A DNA stretch of 64,000 nt from an uncultured virus (IMG/VR IMGVR_UViG_3300032220_001168) (lineage: Duplodnaviria; Heunggongvirae; Uroviricota; Caudoviricetes): the IMG/VR virus record IMGVR_UViG_3300032220_001168; one strand, written 5' to 3'. The notes under the pieces are model-generated. The model did not search any database and was not told where the DNA came from. It worked only from the letters and a program-made list of their open reading frames with translations. Both the position numbers and the translations under genes were made by a program. Positions 33,901-43,506 of this stretch are shown here, piece after piece. The first letter of the stretch is position 1. The number at the start of each line of letters is the position of its first letter.

Positions 33901-36880
33901 CAACGTTGGCGTGTTATTGAGTGGTAAATTTGGGGCTGCTGCACAGGGTGCTGCCAAAACATTGCAGGGTGCGGTAAATCAAATTAATAACAATTTGAGA
34001 TTAATGTATGAGAGCCTGACTCCCGTTGTTAACAATATTGCGGCTGCTTTTGGCCCTGAAATTAATAACTTAATTAAAGATGTTACGTCAACAGTACAAG
34101 TTCTTACTTCCACTTTTACTTCTGCCGGGGAGGGGTTCAATACTCTCACTCCTAGGGCACAGGGTTTCTATTTGGCTGTCAAGCAACTAGAGCCCTCTAT
34201 CCGGGCGGCTGGCGCATCAATTGCTGACCTGGCCGGACGCTTTGCAACATTACTGCCAGCAGTTGTCAATGCAATCTCGCTGGCGATTTCATTTGCTGCC
34301 AGTCCGCTGGGAAGGGCTGCAGTGCTTGCAGCGGCTGGCATCGCAACTCTTACAGCAGCTTTTAAATTGCTAGAGGTTACTGGCTTAGAAGCTGCGATAA
34401 AATCAGTTTACAGATACATTGCTTCCCTTACTGGATTCACCCAGGCAACTGGCGTGGCAAGAGTTGCTGCAATTGGACTGAGGCTTGCTCTCACCGGTAT
34501 CGTTATCGGAGGCCTGTTAATGGGTCTTGATTTCTTGGTTGGTAAAATTCTGGAAATTGGCGGAGCAGCAGATAAGTCAAAACAAGAAGTGGCGGGTTTG
34601 AAAAAAACCTTAGATGAAATAGCGGGATCGGGGCGGGTTGAAGATGCCACCAAGGTCTACATGGAAGCTAATACGAAGGCAATAGTCGCAAGAGCCAAAT
34701 ATAAACTTGCAGCAGAAAACGCAGCAAGATACGAAAAGGGCAAGGCTGGAGCAGCGGCTACAAGTCCAGAAAATCAAATGGGTGTTGCGGTAATGGCGGG
34801 AAATATGCAGGAAGCCGCTAAAAACGCTTATGACGAAATGATAAGGGCCAATCAATATTTGCGAGACGCAAGAAAAACAAGAGATAATGCCGTCGCGATC
34901 GCCATGGCTGGCGACAAGCAAACTCAAGCTGCGCTCAAGCCAATTCCCCCGTCAGGAGAAGATGACAAGAAGAAGAAAACAAGTCTTGAGAGCTATCACA
35001 GTCTTCAAGATGCACTGGCAAAGAATTTTACGCAAGCAGAATTGGATCGTCAAGATGCATTGCATCAAGACGCAGTGGACAGGATTAATGCTCAATTTGA
35101 CTTGAGAGACGCTCGTGCGAATAGCTTCCAGAGGGAAGCAATTAAGTTTGAGCGGCAGATGTCAGATATTGACCTGAAGCGCCAAAAAGCTTTGCTTGAA
35201 GCGTCTAAGGAGGTGCTCAAAGCACAAGGAAGCGTGGCGGGCGGTGCGCTTCCTGGAGGAATGTCGGCTACTGGTGCCACTGGACTTCTCCAAGGCAGTA
35301 CAGGTATTTCTGGCGGCGCTCATTTCGATGTGAGAAAGCAGGATGGTTCATACCTCAGCCAATCGCAAGCTCGCGCATTATTTGATTCGTCAGTGGCGAA
35401 ACAATTAACAATGACCAGCCCGTATGGTCCTCGCACTGCTCCAGTACCAGGGGCGAGCACTTACCACAGAGGCGTCGATCTTGCAGGACCAGCCAATACC
35501 CCATTGAATCTTGCAGCCGGTTACAGCATGGTTGGAGCTGGAGAAAAGGGTGGTCTTGGTTATGCAGCATCTGTTCGTGGGCCGGACGGAACAATGTACG
35601 ACGTGGGCCACTTGCAACGGCCTGCGGCAGGCGCCAGGGCACCAGGCAAGGTGCTGGCTAGCGAAAAGCGGGATGAAGTGGCAATACAGAAAACACAATT
35701 AGCCTTGGCCCAGCAATCCTTGGCCGTACAAATTGCAAACGCGCAAGCCGTTCGCGAGTCTGCAATTGCATGGGCTCAATATACCGCTTCGATTGCTCCT
35801 GTTGAAGAGCAAAAGTTGCAAAACAGCTTACTGGAAAAGAAAGGTCAATTGATGAAGAGTGGGCTTTCGGATGATGTGATTGAAAAACAAATGAAGCAAT
35901 TTGAAACGGAGGAAAAAACAGCTTTGGCCGTGAGCGTGGTAAACAAGATGGTGACAGAGAAGAAGATGAAGGCTGAAGAGGCTACCAAAAAAATTGCCGA
36001 ATTAACTGCAAATATGATTGCATACAACGACTCGTTAGATGCCAATCTTGTTCTTCAAAGGCAACAACAGTTCGACGCTAGCATTAGCAGCCTTAACAAA
36101 CAGCTTGAGCTTGCAGGGATTATTGATCCACGAGCTGAACAGAGGCAGAAATACATACAAGAAGGCCTTACTCCAGGGCAAGCTGATGAAAAAGTTAGGC
36201 TCGAAGAGCAACTGGCCGCTGTTACCAGATTGCGAGATGGCTACAGAGGGCTTGCTGATTCCATTGGCGGCTCCTTTGGCCAAGCTTTCAAGGGTGTCAT
36301 TTCCGGCTCAATGACGGCACGGGAAGCGCTGGCTGGTTTCTTCCAAAGCGTGGCAGATTCATTCCTCGACATGGTTGCCCAAATGATTGCGGCATGGATG
36401 AGGACCATGCTCCTCCAAGGCTTCCAGTCATTGTTTGGTCCCGTCCTTGGCGGCATGGGAGGAGGATTTAAGTTTCCAGGGACAACTGGATTGGGAACCA
36501 ACTTCAGCTCTGCCATTGGAAACAGCACTGGCTTTCCGTTCTACTTTGCCAATGGTGGCATCGCCCCTGGCGGATTCCGTGCTTTTGCTTCTGGAGGCGT
36601 TGTCACAGGCCCCACGCTGGGCCTTGTAGGCGAAGGGCGTTACAACGAGGCAGTGATTCCCCTGCCAGACGGCAAGAGCGTTCCAGTGAACCTCAGGGGC
36701 GGTAGTAATGGCAATAACGGTCCTGTTAACGTCGTAGTGAATGTTGACGCAAAAGGCAGTACAGTGGAGGGAGATGAAGACAAGGCTAATGAATTGGGAC
36801 GTGCTATTAGCGCCGCTGTCCAGTCAGAATTGATCAAGCAACAAAGGCCCGGTGGCATGCTTTCTGGTCCTCGACGCTAA
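30923..36880 (+). CDS. tape measure protein with M23 peptidase-like domain
   Basis: 1985 aa; QMASKGQIMAEE.KGQLGD; HRGVD; lambda H-like C-terminus. Confidence 0.92.
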   Translation: MAVGAGSPELKLSVGFDLNYFRGQLTTLGAAASSYHLPINIKFDRLGIQEEFNKLGRNISGRQYNLKVEIKSLGVASEQARSLKENLEALTKIKFAVDTSAIGDAKDALKALRGEAATAVKNAQSVASNAGAVNGPAIKQRTIRQGLSALSTEDVAAQYKKAAETGIIAYNEAITKNRTKMVREIGKVADAVSAGFASKGSSEFSSKAKADAEAYIKGLEKDLEIASPSKRTQRIGEQTSDGFWLGLIKGGAKWERAAAADLRARAVRVFQSIDSYAKNKALDLTVAVQVEFEVQAGALAKFGSNLAISATKSVKGALVKAGEEGLSTGVSSAIGSVASPGGLAMMGAGSVAAGGWESITTAIDLAKNILSGSPAKETLLGSAVKVAELVIEHGAEGALITAAGLAGVGFAGGAAKGFTSSLVTQGITAAAQLTVTQVGVRVVDGLKGVPSVVGNAFKSLPGQVNALALKGRTDIGGLTDGSTYALFKETTGNFVNAAVEQGRLFSEKNAPRIAAALGTGISVGGRAVGRGVAAGGRAVGAGVAAGWEDSLEQRISLLSQALAKVNQGIDFLDNVLIKGAVDIQGLTDGTTIAATKQALLGYKAVLEIGAAQLMDFHAALQPGNIERVAVSEMVRSQGERVAGQRLLPPIGQSSAGIRRQYRPPNVVPAGGFSTHGATPVGGFPSDGPAQLSFIQRMFRKAAPPAAAYSNFGYGGFGGGGGTASGGFGGFGGAGGGGPYGGFGYGGFGGGGGGSGGGGNNPPMGPASTQLGAGYHTVNKGLSAIGNAYSGAKGFLNTARFPVSGAISQLGGEFGNAVKQVLLFGTAYKAIAFLQNVPGEAFNAAKGLATYKNQLQAITAESGTFEQSFAFVEGLAQRFNVPLESARQGFVRLYASMQPAGFDQGQIESLFTGISQSAAAFGLSSDQVDRVTNAFSQMASKGQIMAEEVKGQLGDVLPGALSLFAKAAQMSLPEFTKAMEDGAFKGKAMAAVLDNVGVLLSGKFGAAAQGAAKTLQGAVNQINNNLRLMYESLTPVVNNIAAAFGPEINNLIKDVTSTVQVLTSTFTSAGEGFNTLTPRAQGFYLAVKQLEPSIRAAGASIADLAGRFATLLPAVVNAISLAISFAASPLGRAAVLAAAGIATLTAAFKLLEVTGLEAAIKSVYRYIASLTGFTQATGVARVAAIGLRLALTGIVIGGLLMGLDFLVGKILEIGGAADKSKQEVAGLKKTLDEIAGSGRVEDATKVYMEANTKAIVARAKYKLAAENAARYEKGKAGAAATSPENQMGVAVMAGNMQEAAKNAYDEMIRANQYLRDARKTRDNAVAIAMAGDKQTQAALKPIPPSGEDDKKKKTSLESYHSLQDALAKNFTQAELDRQDALHQDAVDRINAQFDLRDARANSFQREAIKFERQMSDIDLKRQKALLEASKEVLKAQGSVAGGALPGGMSATGATGLLQGSTGISGGAHFDVRKQDGSYLSQSQARALFDSSVAKQLTMTSPYGPRTAPVPGASTYHRGVDLAGPANTPLNLAAGYSMVGAGEKGGLGYAASVRGPDGTMYDVGHLQRPAAGARAPGKVLASEKRDEVAIQKTQLALAQQSLAVQIANAQAVRESAIAWAQYTASIAPVEEQKLQNSLLEKKGQLMKSGLSDDVIEKQMKQFETEEKTALAVSVVNKMVTEKKMKAEEATKKIAELTANMIAYNDSLDANLVLQRQQQFDASISSLNKQLELAGIIDPRAEQRQKYIQEGLTPGQADEKVRLEEQLAAVTRLRDGYRGLADSIGGSFGQAFKGVISGSMTAREALAGFFQSVADSFLDMVAQMIAAWMRTMLLQGFQSLFGPVLGGMGGGFKFPGTTGLGTNFSSAIGNSTGFPFYFANGGIAPGGFRAFASGGVVTGPTLGLVGEGRYNEAVIPLPDGKSVPVNLRGGSNGNNGPVNVVVNVDAKGSTVEGDEDKANELGRAISAAVQSELIKQQRPGGMLSGPRR

Positions 36881-36936
36881 CCAAGCAGTTACTGCAGCCT
36901 CCAGCCCGCACAAACAACTATCACCTTAAATTTCTG

Positions 36937-37278
36937 ATGGCCACTTTCCCCTCCATTGCTCCAAGCTACGGAATGCAAAAAGGAAGCAAGCCCAATGTAA
37001 GACAGATTAGGTTTGGGGACGGCTATTCTCAACGTGTTACCGTGGGACTCAATCAAAACCCCAAGAGCTGGAGCCTCACGTGGAATGTATCCATAGCCGA
37101 TGCTGCCACCATAGAAGCCTTCCTCGATGACCGGGCAGAGGACGCAGCCTCTTTCACCTGGACGCCTCCAGACACGGATACAAGTTATCAATGGATTTGT
37201 TACGATTGGTCCAAAAGTGTTGACAGCGTGAGGAGCGTAACCATTCAGGCAACTTTTGATCAAGTATTTGAGCCATGA
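36937..37278 (+). CDS. minor tail protein M-like (distal tail)
   Basis: FGDGYSQR...GLN...FTWTPP...ATF.QVFEP. Confidence 0.88.
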   Translation: MATFPSIAPSYGMQKGSKPNVRQIRFGDGYSQRVTVGLNQNPKSWSLTWNVSIADAATIEAFLDDRAEDAASFTWTPPDTDTSYQWICYDWSKSVDSVRSVTIQATFDQVFEP

Positions 37279-38771
37279 CTTACAGCGCATCTCTTAGGGC
37301 TGAATCACAAAAGATAAATCCATCGTCGTTAATCGAGCTATATAAGCTTGACTTATTCGCAAGATTACATGGCTCCACTATTTCTTATTATTTTCATGAT
37401 GGGACAAATGCATTAACAGAGGGCACTCGCAATATAGTATGGGCGGGACAGACTTATACAGCATTTCCCGTGCTCGTAGAAGGATTTGAGTATGCAGGAA
37501 ACGGTCAGCTTCCCCAGCCAAAGTTAAAAATTGCAAATACAAGCGGAGGTATTAGCACTATCTTGGATGCCATTAGGCAAGTAAATCCAGGAAATGATTT
37601 AATCGGCGCAAAGTTAACTCGCATACGCACGTTTGCCCGTTTCTTGGACGCCGTTAATTTTCCGGGCAGTGTAAATCCATGGGGAACACCAGATAGCACA
37701 GCGGAATGGCCACGAGAAATTTATTATGTAATCCAAAAGTCAGTTGAGACGAGGGATCTCTGTGAATTCACCCTCGGAAGTGCCTTTGATTTGCAAGGCG
37801 TCAGAGCACCAAAACGTCAATGCTTAAGTAATTTATGTTCATGGATTTATAGGTCATCGGAATGCACGTATGCGAGTGCAAGATATTACACAGTGACGAA
37901 TGCCTTGACAGTATTCCAGTCCGAAGATGTTTGTTCTAAGACTATTGACGGCTGCAGGGCAAGATTTGGGGAAGTTCAAACAATTGGACTTGTAACAAAG
38001 GACAGTTCGGTGATTACCAATGTTGACTCCGCTGCTATTAAGCAAATTTCGCCGGGGGATACAATTTGGGGCTTTGGGCTCACCCCATCGTCCACGACGG
38101 TCACAGCAGTGAATACTGGAAATTTGACACTCACAGTTAGCACGCCATCGACCAATACATCAGTGTTTAGCAATTCAACTGGCCATCTGGAGCTGTCTGG
38201 ATTGGTGATCAACGATGGCCTTCAGATCAGAATTCCCAATAGCGGTGAAATTCCCACTTACGGAATGATAGTGTCAGGCCCCTTTCTTCCGACAGACGAA
38301 GATGTTTATGTTACCAGCGTTACTGGTCCAACTGGTGGCTATTACTATGTTAATTTAAGCATTTCATTCAACACTGGACTCATTGGAACGCTTCGCGGCA
38401 CAAGAACCGGTGCATCCACTTCGTATGCCACCGGCACACCTGTTTACATCAATTGGAGTCTAGCTGATCCAATTCGCAACATGGTTGTCGGTGATTACAT
38501 TTTCCCAGGCGTTGATAAACAAGCGAATAGCATTATTTACTCAAATACAAGAGTCGCAACTATTACTAATTCGGAAAGCTCGGTCACGCCAAGTAAGCCC
38601 CTTGGCTACCCGCCAAACACTTACAGGGATATTGGAATAATTAGCATTTATCAGGCGTTGACGCCAACTACATCCACTTATAGCTTTCGAGGACAGAACC
38701 TTTATACTGTTCGTACTGGCAGCTTGTTGCCATTTGGCGCGTTTCCTGGATTGTCCAGCTTCTTAGTATGA
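37275..38771 (+). CDS. minor tail protein L-like with large insertion
   Basis: TFARFLDAVNF, C.W.YR..EC.Y, C.K...GC..RFG, LPFG.FPG. Confidence 0.85.
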   Translation: MTYSASLRAESQKINPSSLIELYKLDLFARLHGSTISYYFHDGTNALTEGTRNIVWAGQTYTAFPVLVEGFEYAGNGQLPQPKLKIANTSGGISTILDAIRQVNPGNDLIGAKLTRIRTFARFLDAVNFPGSVNPWGTPDSTAEWPREIYYVIQKSVETRDLCEFTLGSAFDLQGVRAPKRQCLSNLCSWIYRSSECTYASARYYTVTNALTVFQSEDVCSKTIDGCRARFGEVQTIGLVTKDSSVITNVDSAAIKQISPGDTIWGFGLTPSSTTVTAVNTGNLTLTVSTPSTNTSVFSNSTGHLELSGLVINDGLQIRIPNSGEIPTYGMIVSGPFLPTDEDVYVTSVTGPTGGYYYVNLSISFNTGLIGTLRGTRTGASTSYATGTPVYINWSLADPIRNMVVGDYIFPGVDKQANSIIYSNTRVATITNSESSVTPSKPLGYPPNTYRDIGIISIYQALTPTTSTYSFRGQNLYTVRTGSLLPFGAFPGLSSFLV

Positions 38772-39490
38772 CTTGGAAAACTGATGCCATGGACCATGCC
38801 AAGGCAGAGATGCCAAGGGAATCTTGTGGCCTTCTTGTTGTTATCAAGGGACGTAAATGCTACTGGCCGTGCAATAATCTCAGCGCGGATAATACCAACT
38901 TTATTTTGGATCCCGACGACTTTTGTGCTGCAGAAACCGCTGGAACAGTCGTTGCCGTCATCCACAGTCATCCAGACACCCCACCGCACCCCAGTGCTGC
39001 AGACAGAATGGCTTGCCAGCATTCGGAAATGCCATGGCATATAGTAAATCCAGTCACTGAAGAATGGGGCTTGTGCAAGCCAGAAGAGTTTCAGGCGGAC
39101 CTAATTGGAAGGGAATGGGTGTGGAATGTTTTTGATTGCTGGAGTTGCGTTCATCAATGGTATGCACAGCAGGGCTTTACTTTATCGGACTACAAGCGTC
39201 CGCCAACTCCAGAAGAGTTTGAGGAATGCCCATTGTTTGATCAATACTGGGCTGATGCAGGTTTTCGCGAACTAGAGGATGGGGAGCAGCTACAAGAAGG
39301 TGATGCGATATTGATGTCCATTGCAGGAAAAACAAACGAATTGAATCATGTTGGAGTGATCGTGGAAGACGGTCGATTGCTGCATCATTTGAGGGGGCGA
39401 CTGTCAAGTGTTGATATGTACGGGTCATGGCTTCAAAAGAGCACTGGAAGGCGTCTGAGGCTCTACAATTGGACAAGGCGGTCTTCTTAA
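38768..39490 (+). CDS. tail tip protein K-like (JAB + NlpC/P60)
   Basis: ESCG, HSHP...S..D, DCW, NHVG. Confidence 0.9.
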   Translation: MTWKTDAMDHAKAEMPRESCGLLVVIKGRKCYWPCNNLSADNTNFILDPDDFCAAETAGTVVAVIHSHPDTPPHPSAADRMACQHSEMPWHIVNPVTEEWGLCKPEEFQADLIGREWVWNVFDCWSCVHQWYAQQGFTLSDYKRPPTPEEFEECPLFDQYWADAGFRELEDGEQLQEGDAILMSIAGKTNELNHVGVIVEDGRLLHHLRGRLSSVDMYGSWLQKSTGRRLRLYNWTRRSS

Positions 39491-39494
39491 TCTC

Positions 39495-40067
39495 ATGAGA
39501 ATTATTAGACTGTACGGACCCCTAGCAAAGTTCCTAGGTAGGCAAACCTTTGAGGCTCAAGTGGCATCTGCTGCTGAAGCTGTTAGATTCTTGGTGACAA
39601 ACTTTCCCCAGTTAGAAGCCTTCATGGCCAACAAGCACTATCGAGTGAGTGTTGGCAATTATGATTTGGGCGAAGATGAATTGCATCATCCTGCTGGCCA
39701 GCAAGAAATTGCAATTGTACCGGTATTCACGGGGGCCGGTGGTGCTTTTGGGAAAATCTTGCTGGGGGTGGCGCTCATCACATTGTCATTCTTCATCCCG
39801 GGCTCCTGGGCAATTGCTGGCATCGCCCTGAAAGGGCTTGCTTTTACCATTGGCGCAAGTTTGGCATTGAATGGTGTCAGTCAATTGCTAATGCCAGTAC
39901 CTTCAATGAAAACTGGAGAGGACAAGTCAGCAGATCCAAAATTATCATATAGCTTTTCAGGAGTGCAAAACGTAAGTCGGCAAGGTGTGCCAGTTCCGAT
40001 TTGCTACGGCCAAGTGCTCGTTGGATCCATCGTTGCTTCCGCTGGTATTGACGTGGTGCAAACATGA
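39495..40067 (+). CDS. tail assembly protein I-like
   Basis: EAVRFL, PV..GAG, N.SRQG.PVP..YG...VGS. Confidence 0.88.
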   Translation: MRIIRLYGPLAKFLGRQTFEAQVASAAEAVRFLVTNFPQLEAFMANKHYRVSVGNYDLGEDELHHPAGQQEIAIVPVFTGAGGAFGKILLGVALITLSFFIPGSWAIAGIALKGLAFTIGASLALNGVSQLLMPVPSMKTGEDKSADPKLSYSFSGVQNVSRQGVPVPICYGQVLVGSIVASAGIDVVQT

Positions 40068-43000
40068 CCGACAAAATCTTATCAGGCGCTGGTGGCCGTG
40101 GTAACCGCAAAGGTGGTGCAGCGCAGCAGCAAGCCTTCTACACTCCTACGACAGCCGTAGACAATTTAAACAGCATTGCCTATGCCAATGTTATAGATAT
40201 ATTGTGCGAGGGTGAAATCCAAGGGCTCGTTGATGGCGAAAGCTCAATTTTTCTGAACAATACACCGTTATATAGCAACGGCCAGTATAACTTTAAGAAT
40301 GTTTCCGTGGCTACAAGGAATGGCACACAGGACCAGTCATTCCTACCCTCCCTTGAGGCCACACCTATCACCGGAACGCAAGGAATTTATAGTGAAGTAA
40401 GCGTAGGTGTGACAGTCGAGTACGGCATTCCAATTGTTCGCACAATTACCGATCCCAGTGTTAAATTTGTAAACGTTACCATTACATTTCCAGCGCTTCA
40501 AGAGCAGAAAAGCAATGGTGATATTGTTGGCACACTAGTTCAACTAAGCATTTCACTACAGGGCGCTGGTAGTGCCAGCTATCAAACTCGACTTGTCAAG
40601 CAAATTTCAGGGCGCACTGGTGACACATACCAAGTCTCTTACCGAGTGGGCTTAACTGATGTAGCTTTTCCAGTGAATATCAAGGTGACGAGAGATACTA
40701 TCAATTCCACATCTTCAAGCTTGGTAAATGCTTTCCAATGGACAAGTTATACTCTTGTAAAAACAGCACAGTTGAGGTATCCAAATACAGCCTTCGTAGC
40801 ACTGCGTGTTGACGCTGAGCAGTTTAATTCGATCCCTGCCCGGTCGTATTTGATAAAGGGTCTCAAGGTTCGTATTCCTAGTAATGCAACGGTCGATCCG
40901 GCCACGGGAGCACTTATTTATGATGGCGTATGGAATGGCACCTTTGGAGCGGCTGCTTACACCACAGATCCCGCCTGGTGCTTATTCGACCTTTTGGTCT
41001 CACGGCGCTATGGATTCGGCGATTATATATTAACAGACGCGGACAAAGCCAATGCAGGAAATTTTACGGCAGAGAATTTAGACAAATTTGCTTTTTACGC
41101 AGCATCTCAATATTGCTCAGCGCTTAACACCCGCGAGGGCACGACTAATGATTACAGTACCCTAGGCGGCAGGCATGGAGTGCGAGATGGTTTTGGCGGC
41201 TATGAACCACGTTTCTCGTTAAATGTAAACATTCAATCAGAAGTAGATGCTTTTCAACTCATAAATGACATGGCATCTGTCTTCAGGGCGATGCCATTTT
41301 GGTCTGCCGGTAGTGTTACGGTGGCGCAAGATGCACCAGCGTCACCAAGCTATCTTTTCAATCCAACTAATGTTTCTGAAGTCGGCTTTTCTTACAGCGG
41401 AAGTAGCCAAAAAAGCAGATCAACTGTAGCGCTTGTCAAATATTTTGATATTGCCAGGAGAGATTATCTTTACGAGGCCGTTGAAGATCGCGATGCAATT
41501 AGTAAGTACGGTGTTACTCAAAAAAACATTGAAGCGTTTGGGTGTACAAGCAGGGGGCAGGCTAGAAGGCTTGGAGAATGGCTTTTAACATCTGAAAATC
41601 TCGAAACAGAAGTGGTTACTTTTACTACTTCCATGGACGCTGGAATGGTTATTAGACCCGGTTCGGTCATTTTAATTGCCGATCCAGTGCGCTCTGGTAG
41701 CAGAAAGGGTGGACGAATTAAATCCGCCACTACAACTACTATCCAGATTGATGATGTTACAAGTATTTCAGCATTTGGTTCTCCCCGTCTATCAGTAATT
41801 ATGCCAAGTGGCTTGGTTGAAGAACGGCTGGTCAGTAATTTTTCTGGAGATATTATCACCGTTAGCTCGCCCTTTTCGGCTGCTCCACAAGCAAACGCTA
41901 TATGGATCTACTCTACTAACAGTAGCAAGCCAACAAAATGGAGAGTGGTTAGCGTGGTTGAACAAAAGGGAATTGAATATGAGATTTCAGCGCTTACATA
42001 CAACGAATCAAAGTATGATTCCGTCGAAAGGGATATACCGCTTGTCTTTGAGGACGTGAGTGATTTGAGTGTAATACCAGACTCGCCAATTGACTTTAGC
42101 GCCTCTGAGAATATTTACGTGTCCAACGGATCTGTTAGGGCACAAATTCTTGTTACTTGGAAAGCTGCGGAATATGCAGTGCGTTATCGAGTGCGCTATC
42201 GCAAAGACTCTGGTAATTGGACCACCACGAATACTTCCGGGCCATCTTTTGACCTCCCGGATATCACTAGCGGACTGTATGAATTTTCCATTGCATCTCT
42301 TGGTTCCAATGGAGTGGGAAGCGTAAATACGCTTGATGGATCTATAAACGCTATTGGTAAAACAGAACCGCCTTCAAACGTTACTAATTTTACTGCGTCT
42401 GTTGATCCTGTCATTGGTGCCACGTTGTCCTGGACAGGTATTTCCGATATTGATTTTTCAACGTATGAAATAAGAAGGGGCTCCTCGTCTGATAGCTGGG
42501 ATACAAGTGCGGTCGTAACCCAGGTGAACGCAACCACCTACAAGCTTGGATTTGTTGATCCAGGCACCTTTACTTACAGAATTAAAGCAATTGACACCAT
42601 TGGTGTTTACAGTACGTCCGCAGCGTCTACAGTAATAACAACACTCCCTCCCAATCCAGTTACATCATTTCGTGCGTTTCCTACAAAAGCTGGAGATGCA
42701 AATTTGGACTGGAATGCCCCAGCTAGCCTCACCACTTTTAACATTAAGGGGTATAAAATATCTCATGGCGATGCTTATGCGTCAAGCACTTACGTTACGA
42801 TGGTTTCTGACGTATTTGCGCTATTCAAGCTAACGTGGACTGGTACAAGGACATTTTGGGTGGTGACAGTGGACGTGAGCGGAGCGGAATCTAGTCCCGT
42901 TTCGGTAACCATGACATCAATAGCCTCGTTTGCCCCTCCCGTGGTCACGGGAAGCTTTGGCGGGGCCGATTACACGGTCAGGTGGGTCGCGAACAAGGCC

Positions 43001-43504
43001 AATCTAGTGACTCCCTCACAGTGGCACATTAGATTTGGCACTTCCTTTGCCAGTGGCACTCAAGCAGTTCCACCCGTTGCTGGCACGGCGACATCGGCAA
43101 AGATAACTCCAACCACCACGTCTGGTTGGTATATAGGAACAAAAAGGATTTGGGTGGCGGCATATTACGAAGCAACGAATGAATATGGAGAAGCGGCATA
43201 CGTTGACGCAACAATTGTCAAGCCACCCGCCCCAACCCTGACAGTCTCACCATTCTCATCACTTGCTATAACACTTACATGGACAAGAGTTGCCGGAACA
43301 CTTCCACTCAGGGAACATGAAATTAGATATTCAGAAATTACAACTGCAAATCCCAATCCAACTTGGGATAGCCCTACGAATACAAAACTTATTAAAACAT
43401 CAGGCACTGCCACGAACATAAGCGTATCATCAAGAAAAAGCTATAGGTTTTTTGTTGCAGCAAAAGATACGGCTGGTAACGTCGGCGATCCTACGGGCAC
43501 ATAA
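40064..43504 (+). CDS. central tail fibre / host specificity protein J-like
   Basis: CEGEI.G, YPNTA, WNGTF, DPAWC, GCTSRGQA.R, FN3-like repeats. Confidence 0.9.
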   Translation: MTDKILSGAGGRGNRKGGAAQQQAFYTPTTAVDNLNSIAYANVIDILCEGEIQGLVDGESSIFLNNTPLYSNGQYNFKNVSVATRNGTQDQSFLPSLEATPITGTQGIYSEVSVGVTVEYGIPIVRTITDPSVKFVNVTITFPALQEQKSNGDIVGTLVQLSISLQGAGSASYQTRLVKQISGRTGDTYQVSYRVGLTDVAFPVNIKVTRDTINSTSSSLVNAFQWTSYTLVKTAQLRYPNTAFVALRVDAEQFNSIPARSYLIKGLKVRIPSNATVDPATGALIYDGVWNGTFGAAAYTTDPAWCLFDLLVSRRYGFGDYILTDADKANAGNFTAENLDKFAFYAASQYCSALNTREGTTNDYSTLGGRHGVRDGFGGYEPRFSLNVNIQSEVDAFQLINDMASVFRAMPFWSAGSVTVAQDAPASPSYLFNPTNVSEVGFSYSGSSQKSRSTVALVKYFDIARRDYLYEAVEDRDAISKYGVTQKNIEAFGCTSRGQARRLGEWLLTSENLETEVVTFTTSMDAGMVIRPGSVILIADPVRSGSRKGGRIKSATTTTIQIDDVTSISAFGSPRLSVIMPSGLVEERLVSNFSGDIITVSSPFSAAPQANAIWIYSTNSSKPTKWRVVSVVEQKGIEYEISALTYNESKYDSVERDIPLVFEDVSDLSVIPDSPIDFSASENIYVSNGSVRAQILVTWKAAEYAVRYRVRYRKDSGNWTTTNTSGPSFDLPDITSGLYEFSIASLGSNGVGSVNTLDGSINAIGKTEPPSNVTNFTASVDPVIGATLSWTGISDIDFSTYEIRRGSSSDSWDTSAVVTQVNATTYKLGFVDPGTFTYRIKAIDTIGVYSTSAASTVITTLPPNPVTSFRAFPTKAGDANLDWNAPASLTTFNIKGYKISHGDAYASSTYVTMVSDVFALFKLTWTGTRTFWVVTVDVSGAESSPVSVTMTSIASFAPPVVTGSFGGADYTVRWVANKANLVTPSQWHIRFGTSFASGTQAVPPVAGTATSAKITPTTTSGWYIGTKRIWVAAYYEATNEYGEAAYVDATIVKPPAPTLTVSPFSSLAITLTWTRVAGTLPLREHEIRYSEITTANPNPTWDSPTNTKLIKTSGTATNISVSSRKSYRFFVAAKDTAGNVGDPTGT

Positions 43505-43506
43505 TC

